Shown here one piece after another: positions 47,094-60,599 of a stretch of DNA of 64,000 bases (position 1 is its first letter; every line of letters begins with the position of its first letter). The stretch comes from Selaginella moellendorffii (taxonomy: Eukaryota > Plantae > Lycopodiophyta), in NCBI RefSeq assembly GCF_000143415.4, contig NW_003314346.1:488705-552704 (forward strand), given 5' to 3'. A program made the position numbers and the translations under genes. The notes under the pieces were generated by a model. It worked only from the letters and a program-made list of their open reading frames with translations, did no database searches and was not told the DNA's origin.

Positions 47094-49442
47094 ATGGGCG
47101 ATCGGTCTAATTCCGTCAAGAAGTATTCGCTCGCAGAGGTATGAAAGATTCGTGTGGTGTCTTTGGTCATTCGAACTCTTTTCTTTGAATTTCCAGACGC
47201 CAGGATCGAGTGGGCGGAGGCGCTCCACTTTTGGGGGGCCGCCTCCTACGCCTACGCCCATCGTCACACCGCCGCCGCCCCCACAAAGGACGGGTATTCA
47301 ATCGTACCTTCACGCGCTGCTTTTGAAAATCGCAAGCCTTGTTGGTGCAGTGAGGGAAGACCAAAATGTTCTAGACGAGAAAAAACGAAAGAGTGAAGTG
47401 GCGAGGAAGCGCAAATCCACTGTAAGTTCTCTCTTTTCATTTTATGTTTTTCTTTCTTTCGTTCTTTGTCGTGAACTCGTCTGGTTTGGCTTTTTTCTTT
47501 TTCCTTTTTTTTTTTCGAACACAGGCACCACCAGAAGTTGAAGAACGTGATCAGGTTTTTTCTGCTTCTGCTTGACACACAACGGCAGTAAATGTACGTA
47601 TTTTTCTTGGAAATGAGCGACATTAACTGTGAATGTTTGGCAGATGGTTGTGGAAGAAAATGTGCAGCAGGCTGAAGCTCTGCCATCTCCACGTCCCGAC
47701 GTGGTTGAGGAGAACGTCCAGGAGCAGCCGGAGGACGACGAGGACGGCGTCAAAACTGAAAAGGAAGTGGAAGAAGAGATGCAACAGCAAGATTTAGTAG
47801 AAGTTGAAGTACCAGAGGTTTGAACGAATCACTCCCATAACTCCAAATGAGCAAGAACACTTTGCGTTGTGTAGGAAGATGCTGAGCAACAAGTTGTGGA
47901 AGTGAATGACGAGGATTTGCAGCAGTCGGAGGTGGGAGAATCGTCTGAAGAATCCGATCTAGAGGTACGAGAACGTCTGAATTGTAATGGACGCAGTCGA
48001 AACGTTGACAATGTATAGGAGACTGTCCAGCAAGAGGCCGAAAGTACTGATGACAAGATTGAATTGGTGGAAGACGGTTATCCGGTGAACGAAGAAGAAG
48101 ATATGGTAATTGTTCCTGACAAGGAGGAAGATCTGGCTGAAGAGGAGGATAAACCAGCTTCTCAGGAAAAGATTGTGGTGCCTACCAAAGAGGTCCACGA
48201 AGCCAGAAAAGAAAAGAAGACGTCACTCAAGAACACTGACGAGAGGGAGGCCAAAACACCACTCAACGATGCTGAGAAAGAGATCAGGAAAGAGAAGAAG
48301 GCCTCACTCAAAGCTGTTGAGAGAGATAGCGAGAGGGAGAAATCGCCGCGCAAATCACCACGTAAAGATACAGAAAGGAAAGAGAAGAAGGTGTCGCTCA
48401 AGGCTGTCGAGAAAGAAGAACGAGACGCCAAGTCGCCGCGGAAGGATAGTAGGAAGGCGTCAATCATAAACCTTGAATTAACAGATGCTGGCAAAGAAAC
48501 CAGGAAGGAGAAGAAGGCGTCACTCAAAGATGGTGAGAAAGAACCACTTGGTGACATATCGCCACGCAGACTTGGGGAAATATCGCCACGCAGTGGAAAA
48601 GAGGTATGTGGGATTCAACTTCTGGTAATGTTCTCACGTCAATTTCATGCAGCTCAAAGACGATCGAGTCAGTGAGCAAAATTTACAAATAGTTGGGGAG
48701 TGTATGGGTCACGAAGAAGAGGTATGGTTTCTTATTTCAGGGCCAAAACTGAAGTATATGAATTGCAGATGCTGAAAGAGCAGCAGCAGCAACACGGTAG
48801 CCTGGCAGCGATTCGCGTATCAGTACTCTACAATCAAACCGATGGGAATGTTCTGTTCTTGGAGGGAGGCAAAGATTTCGTCGATCTTCTGATGAACTTC
48901 CTGCTGCTTCCTATTGGAAGCGTGATGAAGCTGCTTCACGATAACAAGGCGGATCTCACAGGACTGGGAGCTGTGGTCCGGCTGTTTCAGAGCATGGAGA
49001 AGCTGGAACCTTCGATCATGGTGGTGGACAAGGACGTCCTGACGAGGCCAAAGTCCGAGAGGAGTGAACAAGAACCCCACCAGATCGAGCAACCTCTTGC
49101 TCCTCAGCTCCAGAACGGGTACGTGAAAGAGAATCTAACTTTCACCATCACAGACGAGCTCGAGATCTTTCCTACGTCGACCATCAAGAGCATCGCGTTG
49201 CTCAACCAGCTCCAGGTGAAAAACATGGCCGACTTGAAAAGCATGGAAGTCAGCGTCGACACCACAGACGTAAGAAGTTTTCCTCTTCCTCGCTTATAGT
49301 TTCTCTCGATTTTTCACAGGTTCTTCGATTGCTCAGAGCTTCACTCACTCGGAAATCCGTGCTGAATTACGTTTTCCAGTGTCGTCTTCCAAACCAGCAC
49401 GAACACGAGCGCTGCGATCGTTGCTCCGTGCATTGCAAATAA
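47094..49442 (+). CDS. DUF674-domain protein with long acidic/basic low-complexity N-terminus (multi-exon)
   Basis: VLFLEGGKDFVDLLMNFLLLPIGSVMKLL; GYVKE..TFTITDEL; VLRLLRASLT..SVLNYVF. Joining of the 5' exons is inferred. Confidence 0.72.
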
Positions 49443-49572
49443 GCTGTTTAGTGCTTGAGAGTTCTTTGTAGGACTTCAGTTTTTTTACTCGAGCATTGCC
49501 ACCGCGCAACGCATATAAATATTTTAGGTTATGGTAGTGAGGAGTCTCTTGTCCAGGGCTTTTCTCCGATCT

Positions 49573-51339
49573 ATGGCGACCGCAGCCGATCGCCCCGCCA
49601 CAGGTAATGCGCATCGTCATCGCGATTGTAATCCTCCACATTTTCGATCGTCCAGGAGCTGCCAAGATCTTGGCAGGTAGCAAGACGATTTCTCCCGCTG
49701 GTTCGTTTAGGGACAAGTTCGTCGCGGCGTTTGACAAGATCAAGAAAGAGCTACTTGCGGATTGCGATGCTTTCCAGTTTACTCGTGAATCCAGAGAATG
49801 GGTGTCCAAGGTTGAGCTTTCATTTTTTCTTTTCCTTCTTTTGGTTTTCTCAGTGCAATGTCTTTCCAGATGTTGGACTACAATGTTCCAGGAGGTACCT
49901 GTATTCCTTTTTTTTTCGATCAAACTCACTTCCTTTTGGGACAGGAAAATTAAATCGAGGTCTCTCGGTGATCGACAGTTTGGTGCTGCTCAAGTCCGAA
50001 GACGAGCTCTCCCGGGATGAAATCGAGCAAGCGTTTGCTCTTGGATGGTGTATTGAATGGGTAAGTTCTTGCATCGATTGGTAAAGAACTTCTAAGTGTT
50101 TTTGGTTTCTACTTTTTGCTTTTCCATGCATAGCTGCAAGCTTACTTCCTAGTAATGGATGATATAATGGACGATTCACACACCAGGAGAGGAAAGCCGA
50201 GCTGGTTTAAACAGCCTAATGTTCGTGAGTTTTGTGAGAATTTTATCAATGAGCTGTGACACAGTCTTCCTTTGTGATTAGGTGGGTCTTGTTGCTGCAA
50301 ACGATGCATTACTGCTTAGAAACCATGTACCACGGATTTTGAGGAAGTATTTCCATGGTCAGCTGTACTACTTTGATCTCCGAGAACTTTTTGACGAGGT
50401 GCGTTAGCCCCTGGAAAAGCAATCATTTCTAAGTGACTTAAACTCTAGGTGGAATATCAAACAGCATGCGGTCAGATGCTTGATCTGATCACATCGCCAG
50501 CCGGGAAGGTTGATTTGTCCAAGTACGTCATGGAAACGTAAGTTTTATTTGACTCTATGAAGTATCCATAATGTTTGTCAAAGCAGCTATCTCAGGATTG
50601 TGAAGTTTAAGACAGCGTTTTATTCTTTCTATCTTCCGGTGAGGGAGCAAGAGTGACATTATAAACCAAGTCGTTGACGCCATATGAGAATACAGGTTGC
50701 TTGTGCTTTGTATATGTCAGGCGAGAGCGACAACTCCAAGTTCGAATCTGCGAAACAAATACTACTACAAATGGGAACCTATTTTCAAATTCAGGTCCTT
50801 GTGGTTCATTACCTTTGATTATTGACGGAATCGGCCCCTGCAGGATGATTTCTTAGATTGTTATGGACATCCTGATGTTATTGGCAAGGTTGATTCCTTG
50901 CTGTTTTGTCTTTCATGTCAAGCTCACTGAACATTCCAGGTTGGAACAGATATCCAGGACGCAAAGTGTTCTTGGCTCATTGTTCGAGCTATTGAACGAG
51001 CAGATGCTAGCCAGAAAACGAGACTAGAGAACAACTATGGCAAGAAGGACAATGCCTGTGTCGAGGAGGTGAAGAAAGTGTACAACGACTTGGGCCTTGC
51101 AGTGAGTATTTTGTTTTGCTTTGAGACTTTTCTCTTTAGCTGCTGGTGAATGCAGGCAGCTTTCTCGGAGTATCAACAGACAAGCTATGGGAGAATTTTG
51201 TCTGCTATTGATCGGGAAAAGAGTACTCGCTTACAAGTACGTGGTGTTTTCGAGTTTGTTACTTCCTGAATACTCTCTAATTACCCTGCAGGGAGTTCTG
51301 TCGTTATTTCTAGAAAAAATTTACAAGCGCCAAAGGTAG
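49573..51339 (+). CDS. FPS: Farnesyl diphosphate synthase (about 13 exons)
   Basis: [13 protein letters not shown]; [20 protein letters not shown]; GQMLDL; [10 protein letters not shown]; QDDFLD; [11 protein letters not shown]; KIYKRQR. Confidence 0.95.
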
Positions 51340-51708
51340 AATTGCTTCTCTTGCCGTTCCTGCCAGCTGTTACACGCGTTTGTCATTTGTTTCGTAGTTA
51401 GTATTGGGCTTCGTGCAATGCGGAGCACAGATGATGATTTTAGCTGTAAATATCCGTTGCTTTTCTCGCGCTAAATGTGTCCCCATCAAAGCCAACAAAA
51501 GCTGCAGCTATCTGCTCATTCGAGGACTTTTAAATTTTTATTATGACACTTTAGGATCAGGTATTTTGGAATATATATATACTAACTTGTTGTCATAGGT
51601 CATTGATTGAGCTCCTCTCGTTTCATCGTGAAGAACGAGATGCGAGAATTTTTATGCTCGTCAGTAAAGTGTTTACTTCACTTTCAAGCGTTGAGACGGC
51701 CCACAGCA

Positions 51709-52621
51709 ATGGTTTCTATAGCTGAATTTGCTGTGATGGTGATTCTCGGAATCACTCTTCGACAGGCACACGGATCAGGTATGCCCGGAGCTAAAGAAAT
51801 TGATGTTTGACATTTGATCATTGTGCAGCCTGTCCTCTGAATTTCGACTACTTCTCAAAGCCTGGGAGCGATTTTCTCTGTGGGAGCACAGCGAACTATC
51901 TCATTCGCGTTCTTGCTTTTCATACAAACACGACAGCTTCTCCTCGACCGCTTTTCCTGGGTCTCGATAGGTGCTGGGAAACTATCAGCAAGCTGGACAC
52001 CTCCCCCGAGTGTAAGAGTTCTTTGGAGATATATTCGCCAGATTATGCATCTCCTTGCAAGTTTGCTACTTTGCAAGAGCTCGAAGGGAACTTCACGATT
52101 GCAAACATCACGTTTGACGGGCTCCTCAAGGTCTGCACAAGCTCCTTGTCTTTCTGGGAGCTTTTCACATCAAATCTCCGGAGCCTCTCAAACGTGACAA
52201 AAGATACACCATGGGTGTGTGAGACTGCGCTGCAAATCGCCCTGCTCAGCACCGATGTTTTGAACGACAACTGGGCGCGGAAATTCGAGAATCTTTCCGT
52301 CGTCTTTCCATTACCTCGAGCTTCTCGAAAGAGAAACAAAAGGAAAGGTACTCTTTTTGTTCTTCTTTTTTCTCTCTTCCACATGTTGTATTACAGAGCT
52401 TGCATACACAGTATCCCTCATACTTGTCTGCTCGGCCATGCCCTTCGCGGTACTTTCATATTTCATTTGGAAAGTCCTTAAAAATCTCAGGAGGAGTGCT
52501 TCGATTCACAATGTTCGTGTAAGAAAACTTCCACCATTTCACGGCTTTGGATACTCACTCTTTGTTTGTCTAGGAGCTTGAAGAAGAAGATAGCAGCAAT
52601 AAAACAGTGGAAGGTCCATGA
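51709..52621 (+). CDS. Type I membrane protein with Cys-rich SPARK-like ectodomain, no kinase domain
   Basis: Signal-like MVSIAEFAVMVILGITLRQAHGS; ACPLNFDYF...; spaced Cys; TM LAYTVSLILVCSAMPFAVLSYFIW; last exon 52574-52621. Confidence 0.6.
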
Positions 52622-55600
52622 CTATTCAATCCAGCTCTTTGCTCTCTTGAGGCTCACAAGCTTTTCCACAACCGCGGGCACCACCCATGGAAAGCTCAAA
52701 GACTCGACGTTACTCCCTTTACGAAACTCCGGATGATACGTGACATGGTACCAAGCACACGCCTTCGCCAATTGGTGCTCGTTTAGTCCGGCCTCAAACC
52801 ATCTCCCAGCTTCCTTGGCAAGAGACTTCATGGCGCAAGCGATCCTATCTCTCGTATCGTTACGCTTCGTCTTCTCGTTGGCTTTCCCGAGGCACAGCAC
52901 ATTCCCAGTTACAATCTCGGCCTCGGTTATCTCATAGTGCCGCAGCAAACGCTCCAGCTTCGTATCATAGAGCTCCTTGAGCGACCGTGCCTCGGAGACG
53001 TGCTGCTCGTATCCATCTACGGTCAAGCTACGATCAAACTCTTGATCCATCTCCTTCGGCGATGCTGCCACTGCTGATGATCTCTGCGAGAAAATTCTTC
53101 CATTGGACTGGAGCGACCGGTAGAGCTTCCCCAGCACACTCTGCGAAGTATACGTCGATTTAAACTCGTTCTCCATGAAGTCGGGATAGTCCCTGGGACG
53201 AAGATCTACGGGAATCACGGCCGGGATGCCAGTCTTTGCAAAGTCGACGGCGGTTGATGCGAGCCTCGCGAGTTCCAAGCATTTTGGATCCTTGGCTCTT
53301 TCCAGCTCCTTATCAGCGTGAACAAGGTGAGCATTCGAGATCACTCCCAGGCTATCGTGAACCATCGAGTCGACGAAGAACCGCTGGATTTCCTGGAAAG
53401 AAAAAGAAAGCTAAGCGCTGAGAACTTGAGAGGATTCAAGCTTTACCTCCAGAGTCACTGAATGGTCGAGCTTGGCGGCGGTACCGGGCTCGTAATCCAT
53501 CGGCTCGTGAGTCACTGGTGGTACGAGAGATTTGTCCCAGGTGACGAAGTAGAGATCACCATCGAGATCACTTCCGGAGCACTCGTTGGGATGAGGCCTG
53601 GAAGATCATACTATCAAACCAAGACGGAAGAACAATGGTAACTTTGCAAGAAGTACCTCTTTCCTCGCTGTGGGAAGACCACGCAGTCGATCATATGGTG
53701 AAGTCCCGGAACGTCCACGGCTTCCAAGACCAAGAGATCTCCCGGGTGTAAGCAAGGATTCTTGGTGACGACGACTTTCCCGAGAACAACGCAGGCGCTC
53801 TCGCTCCGTGTCACTCCCCTGCGAGGCCTCGCATCGTCCAGGCCATCGTCCACGACTCTGCGAGTTCCTGGCGTTGGAGACACTTGCACGAAGACCTGTC
53901 CGTAGTCGAGAACTCCAGTCTCGTCCAGGCATCCCAGCAAGCAGCGGCCTTTCGGGACGTAGATCCGAGACTTCGTCCGGAGGAGGTAGAGCTGCAGCGA
54001 TCGAAAGTTGTCCAGCAACCTCCGCAAGAATGGCTCGTGAGCTGGTTTATATCCCGCCTGGAGCATCGCCACCATGATCGAGTGAGCCTCGCCACCCGAG
54101 GACGAAGATCTCAAGACTTCAATCGCTGTTTGTGGATCGCTCAGCATCTCATCGAGGATTTTGAGCTCCTCCTTTTGCATCCGCTCGAACACCTCGTCCG
54201 GAACTCCGAGAGTCGTCATGAGGATGATACTCTGCCGGTTCAAGTAGTATGGAGCGTACTGCGACGCCTTGAGAACGTCCAGGCCTGTTCTTTCTGAGGG
54301 GAACTTTAGCATGCTCGGTCTCAGGGAGAGCTTGGTCGAGCAAGTTGGATCAACCGCAACAACCCCTTTGTAGCCAGCGTAGCGAATCTGGAGTGCCGAA
54401 AGAACCACCGGCATGTTGCAAGCTCTTGCCACGCTCGTCGCAAACGCCTTGGAGATTTTCCCGACTCCATCCGAGAAGCAGTAGCGTGTGCCGCAGTAGA
54501 TGTCTTCCACGGACGAGAGCTCATCCTCCAGCACCTCGAGCGAGCTCCTGGACGACGAGAAGCTCTGGCCGATTCGAGCAGCACACTTTGCAATGTTGGT
54601 GAAGCCGCCAAAGTCACCCATCCACGCTCGGATGCTCTCGGCAGTGACGCTGCCGGCGTCGGCAAACATCCACAGCGAGTGCTCGCGGAGCTGGCTGGCC
54701 GAGAAGCCCAAGAACTTAAACTTCTTGCCACCAATCGTCACGCCATCTCGGACCACCGCTAGAACTCGGTGATAGACGCTCGAAGGCTCCGGAAGAAGGC
54801 CGATTTGCACAGAGACTTTGGTTGGCAGTCGAACGGCGTCCGCGTACAGGGTTTCAAAGTTTTCGTCCACAAAAGAAACGCGCAGAAAGTTTGCAGCAAA
54901 GTCCTTGTAGCGTCGGGTGACCCCGTTCGATCGCTCCAGCTCGGGTCCCGTGCAGTAGACTTTAGTCGGGGTGACGACCAGCCTCTTGACGTAAGTGTAT
55001 CCTCCATCCGGCTCCACAAGCTCCGAGCGGCGATGGTGGCATTTGAGATAGCTCTCGATCGTCGAGAAGGCGTCCAGACTCACGTTTCCAGCGGGAGAGA
55101 CGAGCTTGTCCAGTGCCGAGAGGCAAAGTTTCTCCGGAAAGCCTTGGAGCAGTGTAAAGAGCTCGCGAGTGACCGACGCCGGGCTCATATACCCGGACTG
55201 GACCAGGAAGTTGATCTTGTAGACGATGTCGAAAGGAAGAGGAGCACCATCGTCCTCGGTGATGCTGAGAATGGGAGAAAGCTCCTGCTGCAAAGCATAC
55301 GACTCGCCAGCCACCAAAGTGAGCGCTCGATCCATGGAAGAAGTGTCGTAACCGGACAAGCTCTTGGAGATCTTGAGCGCCTGCTCGTCGGACAAGTCGG
55401 AAGGGAACTCGAGGCAGTAGACGAGAGACTGCGAGATGGCCTTGCCGGGAGTGAAATCGGTGCTGCGAGTCCATGTTGGTTCTTTCGCAAACTTGGAGTA
55501 CTTATAGTTGTAGCTGTTGGATCTCACGGCCTTGAAGTGGCGAAGAATCGCGAGCGGGGTGTCCAGCACTGGATTGCCTTGCTCGGATGGAGATGGAAGG

Positions 55601-56204
55601 CCTTGGAAGACAAGCGGTGGTCGAAAGAGCTGTGTAACGAAGAAGCCAAGTTTGTTCCACGAGCTACTTGAATGAAAGCTTGAAAGAAACTTACCTGGAG
55701 AAGAAGATGGCTAGCTTGCGAGGTCTCGACAAACGCATCCACGAACCGTAGATTTCTAAACAGCAGCTCGAGCTTGTAATCGACACCATCGTGCTGGAGC
55801 AGCAAATTCAGCTGGCAACTGCCAAAGCAAAACTCGGCAGCCACACCGGAGCACGACCAGAGACAGTCGATGCCACTCTCACCTCTCGCGAATCCCATGG
55901 TGAGAACGATCCCTTCCACGCGCTCGTCCCCCCGGATGGGTCCGTGCGTGACGGCCTTGCGGGCTTGGATCCGCAGAGCTCTGCCGTAGAAGAGCAGTGC
56001 GTTCTCGGCGGCGAGCTGGGACGCTAGCTGCGAGGCCTCGGCGGTGGCGAACTGGACAAAGGCGTAGCCGCGGGACATCCAGTTCGCGTGGGCGGTATCG
56101 ATCGAGCAAGAGACTACTGTGCCGCGACCGCAAACGCTCTCTAGGCACTCGACTAGCTCGCTGGCCACCGCACATTTGCTCACATTGCCCACATAGGCCT
56201 CCAT
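52622..56204 (-). CDS. RDR2: RNA-dependent RNA polymerase, RDR-alpha clade (RDR1/RDR2-like)
   Basis: Exons 56204-55695, 55629-53657, 53597-53447, 53392-52622; N-terminal RRM (NWMSRGYAFVQF); FSDGVGKIS, QIRYAGYKG, KNPCLHPGD, CSGSDLDGD. RDR1 versus RDR2 is not certain. Confidence 0.9.
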
Positions 56205-56399
56205 AGCTAGCAAGAACCCTAAAACCTGGGCGGGATTTAGGGCATTTCGAACTTGGGGTTTTATATTTGGTCACGAGCTATGGTCGCGAGGTGAGTTCTT
56301 GCGCCAAGCTCCAGCCTAGCTTAGTAGATTTTGGCTGCCGAAGCTCCTGTCCGCCACGAGAGCTTGTCTTATCAGCTTGCAATGAGGAGGATCTAGAGC

Positions 56400-58000
56400 T
56401 CATGGATTTGGCGGCGAGCAACAATCAGCTCGCGGGATTCTTCCGGACGATCCTTGCCATCGCGCTTGCGAGGCCCAGAATTTCTTCTTTGTTCGTTTTT
56501 GCCTTCTCTCACGATCACGGTTCTCTGTGTGTACAGGCCCACGCCAGAATGCGGATTTGGAGAATGCGTATCGATACACGCAGTCGAGCAAGGCAAGCTT
56601 TGGGGGCATGCGCTTGTCCTCGAGGACGGTGAGCTTGGCCCGATTGCTAGGCACTTGTCATGAACGCTCGAGAGGATATACAAGAGCACCCTGGTCGCTG
56701 GAAGTTAAAGCATTGCCTTGGAGAAGCAGATGAATCGTGTGACTCCATAGCCGCAGCGCGGATAGTACTCGGCCACTGCACAGGTTGACACCAGGAACTT
56801 CGAGAATTATTGCCAGTAACGATCAACAAGGGTATTTAGCTCACAATGAGCTCGCCCGGCATTGGAGTGGGCGTGTTTCAGCCTTCAGTGACTGCACCGA
56901 GAAATCTGTATGAATGGTGCGACCTGTTCGTGGAGATGGAAGATGACGAATCGAAGCTCAACGAAGCGAGAGGCCAGGTGCTTGACAAGGCAGAGAAGCG
57001 TCGCAAGACGGCTAAGGCGGACAGGAAGGTTGTTCTAGGCGCTGCTCGTTGATTGTGCTCACGCACTCACGAGAACATCACCGTGTGGTCAAGGGCTGGT
57101 TGCGGCAACCGAGACGCCAGAAGTAGTAATGGATACAGCCGGGCTTTGCCGTCTTCCTTCTCTTCTGCATCGTTCACCTGAGTGACAACGGTTTTTTCTT
57201 CGAGGCTGCGGCAGAAGTTCCAAAGTTGAGAGGCTCTCGTCCAGCTGAGCCGAAGTACGTTGTGCGTCGTGGTGATTCGGGCCAGTTGTTGGAGCTGGAG
57301 ATTGTGCACACCTTTGTGGATTACTTGTTCCGAGGTGGCAGCTATCTTGGTCCGATTTGATGGTGGCAAGCAGCAGGCGATTCTCAAGAGAGGCTCAATA
57401 CAGTGAGCCAAACGTGTTGCGGCAGCAGTCGGCATGCCAGCGGAGTTCTTCAACCAGGCGGAGACGGAGAATCGTGTTCGGCAGATTCTAGGTGGTTGTT
57501 CCGGAGGTTCTCTGGGCTGGTACTGGTGTGTAACCGTTTAGCTGGGGAACTGTCCGGTTGTGCTCATGGCGGACGCAGGCGAGTCACTCGACGGTGTGAC
57601 GCTGCCAATGGACGAGGTGGTGGCGATGGGAATGAGTTTGCTCGAGACGGTGACCGAGCTACACAAGCGAAGCGTAATCCACAGGCACATATCCCCGCGG
57701 AACGTTGCATACCAAGCAGGAAAAGGGGATTGCCTTGCTGCTACATGCGGCAGTGAGAGGACCTTGAGTTTGGCTTGCTGAGTGCGCTCTTCGGCGAAAC
57801 GCTGGATGCTTCAGCAGGCATTGTTTACACCATGATCAGGATGGCCGGACTGGACTGGACTGGGTCAGAAGCTGCTCAAGGGATGCATCAGGCGAGAGGA
57901 TTCATCGCCAAGTTTGAAGAACCCCTCCTTGGGGGCTCACAAGCAGAAAGCTGGAGAGGTCCCTGAGTTATTGACCTACATCGTGAGAGCTCTTCTGGAA
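56400..58000 (+). pseudogene. Fragmented relic including a kinase-like piece
   Basis: 57560..57781: GESLD...ETVTELHKRSVIHRHISPRNV resembles the HRD loop and the relic at 34.1-35 kb; no long ORF. Confidence 0.4.
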
Positions 58001-59712
58001 GACCTATGTCAAGAAATCCACTCATGATTTGGTAAATTAACTACATGCTTCTTAATCTTAAGTTTGTGGGAGTGCCTCCGTGAAGAGGCGTTCCAAAAAT
58101 TTTGATATGCCGCTGTTATGTGGCCGGCACACGGTATTCTTTAGTAAAAGGCGAAAGAATAGTTCGCTTTGCGCTGACCACACGGCCCATATGTTTTATG
58201 AAGGGTCTTCGATCGCTTTATATACTCATACATAGGCATGAAATCAAGCTCCGGCATGTGGGATAACTCCACAAGCCCTAGGTCATCGTACACTTCCGTA
58301 CTGCCCTAAGAGCATTGCTCTCAAAATTGAAACCATTAAACACCACTGTCATGGTAAGCCAGAGCAAGCGAATGGAGAAGTGCCAAAACCGGATCGTCCA
58401 CAAACTCCTGCCCGTCAATGTACATCAGCCTCCCATGCAAGAAAGAGAAACAGTGACGCCGTGCGAACGCTGAAAGTCTTTCCAGACTTTGCTGATCCCA
58501 GAATGAGACTCAGCTGGCGAGGCTCTTTGTCCCTTATAAAACTGATGGCCGATGCGATGCATTGCCGCCCAAGAACGCGGATGGAGCCCATCCTATCATC
58601 TAGAAACTTGATCTCATTCCATCGGGCGTTTACAAAGAAGGAGATCGTGAGTGGACTGGTGTGCGCAGAAATGTTTCTGCCTCTCCGTTGCCCGAACCAC
58701 CGTTCGTGTTACACGTACGAGAGGAGATGGATCGATGGTCGATTCTGGCCGAAATATGCAGCAATGCTGGTGAGCACAGCTTGATATCTTCGTGCAAACT
58801 CACATTGCAGTCTCTCTCCGATGGTCGCTTAGCAGCCACTTCCACAGAGAAGCGTGATCGGTGATGTCAGTTGGTATTTCTCACTTGACGGCACCCCTGG
58901 AATCCAGAGGATGCGCTGGGTACTTACCGGACAACCGCCGGCCGATCGAAAAGATTAAAGATGGATACGGCCTAAACCCTATTGATATATAACGATTCTT
59001 AAAAGATACCTTTATAGTATCTTTTTCACCGCAATCGGCTTGAAAATATAAACATACTCGGAAAAGATGCACCGTTCGTACGTGTGACAGAACGGTGGCA
59101 TTGGAACCTCGCAGAGGAATGTCACTGGATGCACACACACATTCCGGACACATGCTGGCGAACACAGACAGAATGCTTTCAGCGGGCATTTGCTGCAAAC
59201 AAGACATCCTTACTTCTTCATCTTACATACACATCACGCTCCAAGAACTTCGAAGTTGCAGTCCAGTAAAAAGCCACTGTAGGCACGCTGAGCTTGTACC
59301 ACCTTGCCTTCTCTGCCACTATCGCCGGGAGCTTGGATCACTATCACAACCTTGCGGACTACCTTCACAATGCAGAACCAAAACCTGTCATCACTGGGAG
59401 AAGCGTTAGTAAGCTGGAACACCTCCCATGAGTTCTTCCCACGTTCGTATCTCCGCAATAATGATTTGATCATATCCAACTCGTATATCCAGCTTCGTTC
59501 AAGACCAGAAATGATCAAGAGTAAAGAGACAGCACCTACTGAGAAAAACTATCATATTGAAGATGGAAGGGAATGCATGACGTCCAGGGCCCAGTACACT
59601 TTGCTGGTGAGTACCTGTCGGGGTTTTGCAGTATTTGTTTTGAAGCAAAGGCACAAGGATTTGGAGAAAAGGACCAAGAAAACTTTATTTGTAATTCTAT
59701 AATTTCCACTTA

Positions 59713-60155
59713 TCAAGCAACACTCCCATCAATAGTGAAGTGAGCCTCTTCACCATTAAAAGACCAATCCCATCTTCCTGCCTTTTGTGGACAGGCGTTT
59801 CGCCCACATGTGGCTTGCATGCATTGGCTAATGATATTATTACATCCAGTCTATTAAGATTCAAAATTACCAAGTAATTAGTAAGTATTAGTTTGAAGCT
59901 TGCCTCCCTTACCGTACAATATTTTGCCTTGGAATTGCCTGTGAAAGTTAGAGTGACACTTCTTCTCCTTCCAGATGAATCAAACCCAAAAATATATGTT
60001 TTCCCATTGTTGGCTATATCAAAAGTATTGGCAGCTTGTTGGTAATTAGACACTGTAAGCCCTGCTGGCATGGAGCCTCCATAACAATCAGCACTATAAA
60101 TTACACCAAAGTACAAAAGGTTAAGAAACATAAGTGCAATAATTACTCTATCCAT
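59713..60155 (-). CDS. Small secreted cysteine-rich protein, 126 aa, two exons
   Basis: Exons 60155-59913 and 59850-59713 (62-nt GTAAGG...AATAG intron); signal-like MDRVIIALMFLNLLYFGVIYSA; six Cys after splicing. Confidence 0.7.
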
Positions 60156-60206
60156 TGTGATTGAAAAGATGTATTGCAATGTCATGTTTTCTAGGCAGTT
60201 CTTTAA

Positions 60207-60376
60207 TAGTTGATTCAAATGTGTTCTATTAGAACACGCAAGTGTTTGATAAGATTTATGATAAGATCAATGACTTTTACTACTAACCCTGCCCTATTAG
60301 TTGATTGAATGTTTCCTATTAGGACACGCAAGTATTTGATAAGATTTGTGATAAGATCAATGACTTTTACTTCTAA
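60207..60376. repeat. Two ~80-bp imperfect direct repeats upstream of the secreted-protein gene
   Basis: TAGTTGATT...ACACGCAAGT.TTTGATAAGATTT.TGATAAGATCAATGACTTTTACT.CTAA occurs twice. Confidence 0.85.
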
Positions 60377-60599
60377 TCCTAAAGAAGGGGTCTAAACCCT
60401 AATTAAGATATTTAATTCCCATATCACATTAGTGGAAGTAAAGGGCATTACAATTTATCCCTAAAGGGCAAAGTTTTTACTCTAGTATTTGGGATTATGC
60501 TTTTATTTTTATTCCTTTTTTTTCTTTTAGATCTAGATTTGCATTAGCTTTTTATAAGATCTAGAATTTTAGCTATTGCTATGTTTAAATTTACTCTTC

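Noticed and set aside
18452-51339. Terpenoid biosynthetic gene cluster (P450s + VTE6 + FPS)
   Set aside because: No terpene synthase recognised; the genes are interspersed with unrelated housekeeping genes
59304-59702. Microbial-type terpene synthase (NNDL motif)
   Set aside because: No DDxxD and no complete NSE motif
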